The position numbers and the translations under genes are program-made. A DNA stretch of 63,804 nucleotides, filler included, from Octopus bimaculoides (lineage: Eukaryota): NCBI RefSeq assembly GCF_001194135.2. It is 6 parts of 5 records of this genome, joined end to end, with 100 filler letters (N's around TTAATTAATTAA, not from the genome) between each part and the next. Parts side by side here need not be neighbours in the genome. Positions count along the whole stretch, not along the records: positions 50,591 to 58,254 come from NC_068981.1; positions 58,355 to 60,540 come from NC_069000.1; positions 60,641 to 61,881 come from NC_068992.1; positions 61,982 to 63,804 come from NW_026425146.1; 2 more parts are not named here. One strand, written 5' to 3'. Below, one piece after another: positions 54,240 to 63,804 of the stretch. The number at the start of each line of letters is the position of its first letter. The stretch's first letter is position 1. The notes under the pieces were generated by a model, which did not search any database, was not told the origin of the DNA, and saw nothing but the letters and a program-made list of their open reading frames with translations.

Positions 54240-56122
54240 ACGATGGTGACGAACGTTACCTTACCTCAGTTTACCAGAGACAGGAGTTTGCGTAGGAACT
54301 CTGATTGTAACAGCGAAAATGAGGTTGGATCTTGAAGGGAAGGCCTCTCGCTCGAGAGTGATTCAGTAAAGATGCAGACTGACCACAGCTGTTATCCTAA
54401 GACAGTATCAGCAGATCATAGAGTGAGGAGGAGGAAGTGGACCAGTGATGAAAACAGGAAAGTGATGCAGTGCTACTTAGAAAATGAACCGAAAAGAAGG
54501 AGCTATAGAAAACGGGTGTTAACACTTTGGGTCGAGAAGGGTATGCTTAAAGTGACTTGGCAGACATCAACGTCACCAAGCTAATACTAGATGAAGCTAA
54601 TGCTATTAGGAGAAGAAAGTGGATGACAGAACTGGAGGTAGAAGAGATCACAAGAGACCGGAAAAGTAAGACCAGGCAGTAAAAAAGACTAACAACAACA
54701 TAAGAGATACAGCTCAAACCAAAGAATAACCTAAAGGTAAAAATAATAATAGCACTACCAATAAGGAAGGGACAACTAGCATCAATGATTTAAGTGAGGA
54801 AGATCAGAAAAGTTTAGATGTGTTGCAGGAAGTAATGACTAAAGAGGTAAGAAAATGGTTGCCAGCATTAAAAGGTACTGACAGAAGGAAGCTGCTAGAT
54901 ATAACTAAGAAAGTAGATGCTATTATCAGTAGGATAGATACTAAAAAACAAAAAAAAAACAGGAGGCACTAGCTTATTGATCTATGCAGGAAGAGTAGTA
55001 GTTATTAGAAGATTAGATATTTCACAAGGAAAGATTCAAAAAGAGCAAATGTGGAGAAGATTACAAAATAAAGTGAAGACTTTAAGACGAGATCTGAGTA
55101 GAATGGAAGCCGGGAAACTGAACAAGTTAGGAATCACAAGATTTAAATCTTCTCTTGTGAAAAGAGAAAGGATTTGGAACAGTCATAGAAGAGTTGACAC
55201 AGCGTATCATTGCAGTTGCAATTATCAGATGGCCAGACATTAAAATCATTGATGGAAGGAGAGAGTTATAAGTATCTAGGAGTATTAGATTCTAACAGAG
55301 CACTAAGTACAAAAATGAAAACGAAAATTGAGGAGTACATCAGTAGGGTGAGGAAGCTAATGAAGTCAAAGCTAAATGGTCCGAATCTAGTGAAGGCTGT
55401 AAATACTATGGCAGTATCATTACTTAGACACTAATAAGCTTTTGTAGATTGGACAGAAACGGAATTTCTAAAGCTAGACAGAAGAGCTAGGAGGGAATTC
55501 AACATGAATGGAGGAGTCCACCCAAGGGTAAGAGTAGCAAGACCTATAAAGGAAGAGATTAATATCAGCGTAAGACTGCGTGTAGTTAGTTAAAGTAGAT
55601 ATAGATTTATAATTAGGGAACAATGAAGAAAGTTTATTAAAAACTCCTAAAGTCACAGCGAGACAGGGAAACCAAAACAACAAACGAGCTTAAAAATCAG
55701 AAAAAAGAACAGAAGTTATCTGACGGGCAGGAGAAGGCTTTGCATGGTAGATTCCCACAGATAGTTTCAGCAAATAGTCGTAGTGAGACATTGTTATCGC
55801 TGCAGAAGAGAAAGCTGAAGGGGGAGACAGAAAGTTTGTTAGTAGCTGCACAAGATCCAGCATTAAGGACTAATTGGGTGAAAGGGAAGATAAATAAAAA
55901 CCAAGTAGATTCCAAACTTAGATTATGTAAATCAAAAGAGGAAAGCATTACTCATTTAGTAAGTGAATGTAGCATGCTGGCACAGAAAGAATACAAGAAA
56001 AGACATGACAATCTAGGGAGAGCAAGCCACTGGGAGCTATGCATAAAGCTAGGATTTGAACATACCGATGAATGGTATGAACATGAACCTAGTAAAGTAC
56101 TAGAAAGTTAGAAATATAAGAT
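54240..56122 (+). mobile_element. R4/Dong-like element with N-terminus, RT-core deletion and truncated RLE
   Basis: RRRKWTSDENRKVMQCY...YRKRV; junction near 55212 into LQLSDG...GESYKYLGV; then LKGETESLLVAAQD...HLVSECSMLAQKEYKKRHD...WYEHEP. Confidence 0.88.
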
Positions 56123-57299
56123 GTAGCACTTTCTTGAAGAGGACATCTTGCTCATCTTCTGTTGCTTAGTTCACCACATCTAAAAAGTATGGAAAAAGAA
56201 GAAAAAAAACAACTTAGAATTAGAATAAAGTAACGAACACTGCGTACTGGAGGTACACACATACATAGTGACTATAAGGATGTTCAATAACTTAAAAACT
56301 AGATCTGATAGGTCAAAAAGAAGGTTACATTTGGATTCAGGTAACCGATTTTGTATAGGAATTATGTCTATTTCCTAAAAACCAAAAGACCTTGTAGATC
56401 AGTGTTATCACAACGCAGCGACCGCAATTTATATGGAGTCCATCTTATAAATATCATGTTGAATACATAAAAGCATATTGAAAATTTAAGAATATCTTCT
56501 GTCGGGTTAAGATATACAGAAGATGATTGTTCTATTTCTCAACTCACAGATTTCTAGAACATTCTTACACAATCATCAGTATTAGTGCCAATGCAGGAGC
56601 ATAAAAACTCTATTAACAAATGCATGCGCACCTCTAATTCATATTTACAACAGTATTTCGATAACTGCATTGGAGAACTCGAAAGTCGCTCTGTTGCACG
56701 ATCGCAACTCAAATATATTTAGTCATATGTGATTTGACTCCAAATAAGAAGCATTCTTAAAAGTTTCAAATCCATCTATTTTTGAGAATATTAATTTAAA
56801 CTACTTAGACAACTAATTTCACAAGAGCTATGCGTTGCCAAACGTTACTTTTCATTATATCAATCTCGGATGGTTTTCAAAGATATCCCCAAAATATACG
56901 TTGCTCACTTCATATTCGCTGCAAGCAATGCTTTCTGGGTGTTAACGTTCTCTACTCTGACTCATTTACTTACTCCCTATCGGTGTCCCATGACACATCA
57001 ACGGAAAAGCATGATCATTATACATGCATTCAAGGTTAACTACACGAGAAAACTGAGTATAAATTTTGTTAACACTTCTGTTCTAAATCAAAATTATTTT
57101 AAGGCATTCCTTATAAATGTAATATTGCGTTAGTACATACGCTAGTTTTCAATAATTTTATAAATTTTGTAAAATATCAATATCAGGGCAGATTCTATAA
57201 ACTGTCTTAAGACGGTTGATTTATAAAGTGGTAACCATTGATAGTTCAAGTATGGATTAAAATAAGAATGTTATAAATTTGAAAGTTATAAAATAATCT

Positions 57300-57636
57300 T
57301 TTGCTTGCTTCAGTGATAAGACTGCGGTCATGCTGGAACACTACCCTGAAGAATTTAGTCGAACAAATCGACCCCAGTATTTTCTTTTGAAGTCAGGTAC
57401 ATATTAACAAATTAACATATTAACAGAGGTTGTCCAGCGGTGGCGGATGGAACAAACAAAAGTAAACACATATATACGACATGCTTCTTTCAGTTTCCGT
57501 CTACTAAATCCACTCACAAGGTTTTGGTCAGCTCTAGACTAACAGAAAACACTTACCCAAGATGCCATGCAGTAGGACTGAACCCGAAACCATGTGGTTG
57601 CCGAGCGAACTTCTTACCACAAAGCTTCGCCTGCAC
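57300..57636 (-). mobile_element. tRNA-derived SINE (second family), near full length
   Basis: Head GGTGCAGGCGAAGCTTTGTGGTAAGAAG...GGTTTCGGGTTCAGTCC; tail CCAGCATGACCGCAGTC...CTGAAGCAAG. The same tail occurs at ~50350-50405, 50810-50860 and 60915-60955. Confidence 0.75.
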
Positions 57637-57832
57637 CTATAGAAATGCAGATAAATTAATATATTTTGGAATTATTGTAACTTATAATACCTACCCATAC
57701 ATTTTCGACTCTTTCCTAGTGTTAAAGCATTGTGTATATGTATATATACACGTAGATATGTATGTATGTATGTGTATACACACACATACTCACACTCATA
57801 CACACAAATATGAAGCATTGTGACCAATAAAC

Positions 57833-58015
57833 AATCGTTAGCACACAGGTCGAAATGCTTAGCCGTATTTCGCCCATCTGAGTTTAAATTCTGAGTTTAA
57901 ATTCTGCCGAGGATGGCTCGGCCTTTCATCCTTTCTGGGTCAATAAGTTAAGTACTAGTGAAACACTGGAGTCGTTGTCACCTCCCACCAAATTTCAGGC
58001 CATGTGCTTTTAGTA
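57833..58015 (+). mobile_element. SINE (12591 family)
   Basis: CGTTAGCAC...GCCTTTCATCCTTTCTGGGTCAATAAG core. Confidence 0.72.
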
Positions 58016-58221
58016 GCACGAAGAGAGGGGTAACTTCCCTTGGCAAAACAAAAATAGACAGGACACAGAAGTGTGTCGATAAGCCAGCTGGAGGAGATGT
58101 CCTCCTGGGGGCTAAAAGCAACAGTAACATCCACCCCTAGGGGTCAGCCACATTTAAGTGGCAATATACTTCACTTTATCGTGCAGTTACTGTTAATACC
58201 TCGTTTAGAAAATTAACATTG

Positions 58222-58254
<33 letters not shown>

Positions 58255-59228
58255 NNNNNNNNNNNNNNNNNNNNNNNNNNNNNNNNNNNNNNNNNNNNTT
58301 AATTAATTAANNNNNNNNNNNNNNNNNNNNNNNNNNNNNNNNNNNNNNNNNNNNATATATGCATATATTTATATATACATACATATACACACAGACACAC
58401 ATATATATGTAGGTATACATATGTGTGTGCGTGTGCCCGCGCGCTCGTACGTTTGTATGTCTGTATATATGTATGTATGCATGTATATGTATATGTATTT
58501 ATACTGGTTCACCATCTTCCTTTTTATCCGTAATGAAAAGAATTAATTGTTCACTGATATGTCAATGATTATTTCATGATATTGCACCTTGTTATTTTAT
58601 CAAACAAACGCTGTACATTCAGCTATTTGTTTATCTACATATGCGTGCAAAAGATAACAACGTAAGCCCGGTCTCCTGAAACAGTTTTGTGTGTGTGCGT
58701 GTATGTGTTAGTTTTATGTATGCAATGCCATCATAGTCGTCATCACTATAGTTCATAGCAACTACACCAAACCATCCAACAGCAATCAAGACCAATTATA
58801 TGACAGAAGTTTCGATGGGTAGGAATGGAATAGCAGATATCAGCGACCCTCGTATTTGTCTGGTACTTACGATGAAATATCAGATCCTTAACAAAATCAT
58901 CCGGTCGCTGGTTGCCTTTAACGAAGATCCCTGTATTGCAAGGTTTCGGATTTGGGTCTCCAATGTCAAAATTGCTTCATTCATTTCATTTTTAGCAGCC
59001 TCGGAGCCCTGAAAAGTGTCATAAGCGCTACCCCATCCCTTCTCAATCGGCGGCAAAATTAAAAACCAAACACTAAAAGTCAGCTAAGATAATGAACAGC
59101 AGTTTTATAGGCAAAGAACAGTCAATGCTTTCACACGTGAAAACCATAAAAAATACTCATCTCACACATACATTACATGCATACATACATACGTATATAC
59201 ATATGTGTATAAACAAGTGTATACACAA

Positions 59229-59289
<61 letters not shown>

Positions 59290-60057
59290 NNNNNNNNNNN
59301 NNNNNNNNNNNNNNNNNNNNNNNNNNNNNNNNNNNNNNNNNNNNNNNNNNNNNNNNNNNNNNNNNNNNNNNNNNNNNNNNNNNNNNNNNNNNNNNNNNNN
59401 NNNNNNNNNNNNNNNNNNNNNNNNNNNNNNNNNNNNNNNNNNNNNNNNNNNNNNNNNNNNNNNNNNNNNNNNNNNNNNNNNNNNNNNNNNNNNNNNNNNN
59501 NNNNNNNNNNNNNNNNNNNNNNNNNNNNNNNNNNNNNNNNNNNNNNNNNNNNNNNNNNNNNNNNNNNNNNNNNNNNNNNNNNNNNNNNNNNNNNNNNNNN
59601 NNNNNNNNNNNNNNNNNNNNNNNNNNNNNNNNNNNNNNNNNNNNNNNNNNNNNNNNNNNNNNNNNNNNNNNNNNNNNNNNNNNNNNNNNNNNNNNNNNNN
59701 NNNNNNNNNNNNNNNNNNNNNNNNNNNNNNNNNNNNNNNNNNNNNNNNNNNNNNNNNNNNNNNNNNNNNNNNNNNNNNNNNNNNNNNNNNNNNNNNNNNN
59801 NNNNNNNNNNNNNNNNNNNNNNNNNNNNNNNNNNNNNNNNNNNNNNNNNNNNNNNNNNNNNNNNNNNNNNNNNNNNNNNNNNNNNNNNNNNNNNNNNNNN
59901 NNNNNNNNNNNNNNNNNNNNNNNNNNNNNNNNNNNNNNNNNNNNNNNNNNNNNNNNNNNNNNNNNNNNNNNNNNNNNNNNNNNNNNTATATATATATATA
60001 CTCATACATACATATATGTATATATATATATATATACATGCATATATACTCTGTCAA

Positions 60058-60418
60058 ATACTGTCAGATCATTGATGTTGCCATACCAAATGACATGAAT
60101 GTCGTGAGTAAAGAGGTTGGAAAAAAATCACCAGGTACTTCGAATTGAAAGTGGAAATGGCAAGACTATGTGGAATGCGAGAGGGTAATGTAAAAGTGAT
60201 ACCAGTGGTGATCGGAGCGTTGGGTTCAATCCCATTGAAACTTCAAGACTTCTTAAGACACCTGGAAATTCCCATGCAAGATTGATGTCTTGCAAAAAGC
60301 AGCCTTATTAGGCACAGTGCACATCTTAAGGAAAGTATTATCTGTTTGAGGTCCTTGTTGTGACTTGACAGATGACTAGAGACTCCGGTGCATTTTTACC
60401 TACGCTGTGTTACGAAGG
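60058..60418 (+). mobile_element. R4/Dong-like 3' end (same subfamily as 52026-53181)
   Basis: CQIIDVAIPND...KVIPVVIGALG...HILRKVLSV*. 3'UTR TGAGGTCCTTGTTGTGACTTGACAGATGAC shared with the 52-kb copy; followed by (AAT)n. Confidence 0.9.
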
Positions 60419-60439
60419 AATAATAATAATAATAATAAT

Positions 60440-60540
60440 AAAGGCTTTCGACAGTGTTTCCCACACGTGGATTCTGGAAACACTAGCCATAAACAAGGTG
60501 GCACCAATTATCATAAAATACATAGAGCACTCAATGAACA
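60440..60540 (+). mobile_element. Second R4-like element starting in the (AAT)n tail of the previous one (RT fragment, runs into gap)
   Basis: KAFDSVSHTWILETL is the RT KAFD motif. Confidence 0.8.
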
Positions 60541-60904
60541 NNNNNNNNNNNNNNNNNNNNNNNNNNNNNNNNNNNNNNNNNNNNTTAATTAATTAANNNN
60601 NNNNNNNNNNNNNNNNNNNNNNNNNNNNNNNNNNNNNNNNATATATATATATATATATATATAAACAGAAAATAATAATAACCAGAGTACAGAAAACACA
60701 CAAGCCACATAGAGAACATTTTCCTTCATCAGCTACCCCCGTTTTAACACCGGCGTTTCGAAGAGTTGGGCAGGACGCATCGTTAAAACGGCTCTTCCCA
60801 TGGACCGCAAATTGAATTTGTATGCACAAATTAAACCTGTGCCATGGAGGAATGTAGTGGCGGACAAAAAACAAGACAGGAAAACAAACGGAAATATATA
60901 CTTT

Positions 60905-61095
60905 TATATCCTTTGACTTGTTTCAGTCATATGACTATGGTCATGCTGGAGCACACCCTTTAGTTGAAAAAAGATCGACGCCAGGACTTATTGCTTTTAA
61001 CCCTAGTATTCATTCTATCTGTCTCTTTTGGTGTAGCGGGGTTATAAATACACTAACATCACTTGTCAAGCAATGGTAGGGGTACAAACACAGAC
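60905..61095 (-). mobile_element. SINE 3' half (second family)
   Basis: TTGTTTCAGTCATATGACTATGGTCATGCTGGAGCAC, similar to the 57300 tail. Confidence 0.65.
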
Positions 61096-61223
61096 AAATA
61101 AATATCTACACACACATATATATGTGTGTGTGCATATATATATATTTATATATACTTATATATAATAAACATGTATGTGTATATATATACTTGAATATAA
61201 ATAACATACAATATATATGTGTA

Positions 61224-61261
<38 letters not shown>

Positions 61262-61815
61262 TTGTGTGTGTGTGTGTGTGCTTGTGTGTGTGTGTACAGT
61301 TTAGGACCATTAGTAAGTCATAATAGTACTCAGAGTTTCACATGCCGCAGCTAAGTGCTAAGAGATAAGAACTATGATGCATTCTCATCGGCTATTAATA
61401 GCAATAGATGCTATAAAAAACACTGTAGAATAAAACGGAAGTTACCCTTATAGGTAGGAAAATATAAATGATAAAAAAACACACGCAAATATATTCTCAC
61501 ATTACATAGACAAAAACCTCTTGTGTTCATAACGTCTACATACGTACACACTCACACAAACATGTATATATGCATGCCATTACACAACAAACATATATGT
61601 GCATGTACGTACTCATACACATAGCCACTCACACACACAGACGCATTTGAAACTCTGAATACTATTATGACAACTTACTGATTGTCCTAAACTATACAAT
61701 TTATAATAACTATTTACCTAATATCTTGGTCTTTTGTTATGACTATTTATTATACATATACATATAGGCAAGTATGGTTTCCTGTGTCGAAATACACCCC
61801 CACTTTCGTTATATG

Positions 61816-61881
<66 letters not shown>

Positions 61882-62329
61882 NNNNNNNNNNNNNNNNNNN
61901 NNNNNNNNNNNNNNNNNNNNNNNNNTTAATTAATTAANNNNNNNNNNNNNNNNNNNNNNNNNNNNNNNNNNNNNNNNNNNNATATATACAAATAATATAT
62001 GAGTATATGCATATATACGTACATGTATGTACATACCTACATCTACATGTATATATAGATGCATATCTGGGTACAGGATGTTGCAAAAAAAAACGTGGAC
62101 AAAACGATAAACAGAGTACAGAAAACACTTGTAATTGTATTTTTGCAAGACAATGTAATTTTATAAAATGAAACCGGTTGAGAATATTAAGTGGCATTTT
62201 TATATTTCGGGGTAAGGAGCCCTTACTCAGGAAATCCCTCATTGGTTTTGAAAGTTTGGTGTTACATGATCGTAAAAACTGTCTGATATCCATTCTTGAG
62301 TAACCTAGGTTTTGTGTTGTGCTGAGTTT

Positions 62330-62780
62330 TAAGACGCTGCAGAAAGATATTAGACGGTATAACCTGATCTTCATTACTTAGCACTCCTCAGAGCATTACA
62401 GTTTCTAGAAACGCGTTGTGTATCTCTCTGGGGACAGCAGAAAGTTCTACAAATAGCCATCGGTCATTTCTGCTGCCAAACCTTTGGTCCTGGACGAAGT
62501 TTTTTCTCATCAGAGAAGAACCAACGTATGCCATGTTCATGAGGATTTTTAACCGCGTTAAGTAACCACTTGGTATGGATCGAACTGTTTTCCAGTAGCT
62601 TTGCAGAAATGAACTGGCATCTCCTCAGTACATACAACTTGTATCGAATACCCTTGTGCATCACGTTTCTACTAGTCTACCCCTCCACACCTTTGGTCAT
62701 GGTCGTCATAGATTTTTCCGGAATTCTCATCGATAACATTTTGAATCCGTTTGATGAATTGCAGTGTCGTTATGATATCA
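62330..62780 (-). mobile_element. Tc1/mariner (DD37D/maT-like) transposase remnant
   Basis: IRYKLYVLRRCQFISAK...KNPHEHGIRWFFSDEK...DRWL. Confidence 0.78.
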
Positions 62781-62984
62781 AAAAAAAAAACGCTTAGAAT
62801 GTGTTTTTCTCTTTGATACAGTTAAAACATTCTCGCCAGCGGCTTTCTTGTACAAAAGGTTTTGCAATATTTAGAAAAGTAACAGTTTTCAAATCGCTGA
62901 GTTCTGCAGAAATGACGACAATCTCTGCATGTCTTTTTATTATTTTTACTTGCATTTTATCTGCCGTAGGAGACTTGATAGAAA

Positions 62985-63205
62985 TATTACTTTCAAATTT
63001 TGGCACAAGGCTAGCAATTTCAGGTAGCGGGGTGGGTAAGTCAATAATACTGGCCGAAGTGTCCAACTGGTGCTTGTTTCATAGACCTCAGAGTGATGAA
63101 AGGCAAAATCGAGCTCAGTCGCATTTGATCTTGGAACACGAACACAGACGAAATGCCGCTAAACATTTCGTCCGCAGTGTTAACGATTCTGATAGCTGTC
63201 CCAAA
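62985..63205 (-). mobile_element. SINE (12591 family), degenerate
   Basis: GATGAAAGGCAAAATCGAGCTC and GACGAAATGCCGCTAAACATTTCGTCC, reverse complements of the core and head. Confidence 0.68.
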
Positions 63206-63250
63206 TAGATGAATAAATGAATAAATGATAATAATAACAACAACAACAAC

Positions 63251-63289
<39 letters not shown>

Positions 63290-63426
63290 CGCGATGAAAA
63301 CAACATCCATTCATGAATTTATTTATTTATTAATTAAAAAAAAATTTAAATACATGTTTTACCTGTGAATTTGCGTGTGTAAACTGGGAATGCATACAAT
63401 GAGTTTCTCTGCCCTAGGTGTACGGA

Positions 63427-63494
<68 letters not shown>

Positions 63495-63496
<2 letters not shown>

Positions 63497-63804
63497 GGGC
63501 TACAGCAAATATTCTGCTTAATACCACAGATTTGCTTGTCAGTTGTTTGACCTTAACCAGTTGAGCATGTCCCTTGGTGGCTGACGATATGTGCATCTCT
63601 GATCAGGAGCAGAAGTCGTGGGGGAGCATCATCATAGCCACGTGTTGAGAGGAATTCTTTGGGGTCTGAATAATTCACCTTTGGAAACATGGGTGTTTTG
63701 CTCAACATCCTTAAACAAACCTTATTCAGAAACCTTTTGAGCGGGATGGGCTACTCGACCTGAAGAAAATTCTAACTGGGCCCCACCTGCGAGGTCATGC
63801 GCTG
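63495..63804 (-). mobile_element. Probable retroposon 3' end with (ATT)n tail, cut by window edge
   Basis: Complex, GC-richer block ending directly in a long simple-repeat tract; family not identified. Confidence 0.4.

Noticed and set aside
60690-60800. Third hammerhead (CTGATGA and GAAAC on the minus strand)
   Set aside because: GAAA precedes the core and stem II does not pair. At most a decayed PLE-like terminus.

Overview
AT-rich, gap-riddled eukaryotic draft-assembly window. The SINE and microsatellite content points to a coleoid cephalopod, probably Octopus (inference). No intact host gene can be supported. Most ORFs in the track are microsatellite or N-gap artefacts, and the recognisable ones are transposon remnants. 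These comprise eight R4/Dong-like RLE non-LTR fragments (all + strand, most abutting (AAT)n tracts; two keep both ends but lack the RT core), RTE LINE fragments, many tRNA-derived SINEs including a 4-unit tandem array, several Tc1/mariner relics, mariner and hAT MITEs, and Helitron pieces. The most unusual object is at 10113-10664: a young ~550-bp palindrome with a 13-bp TSD. It is built from two back-to-back units, each a Pol III tRNA-like head, an (AAT)n linker and a Penelope-type tail carrying a minimal, dimer-type hammerhead ribozyme. A related hammerhead-like motif sits at 31854-31889. A diverged inverted repeat with codon-like conservation lies at 46113-46610. All assignments are by eye; no database searches were run.
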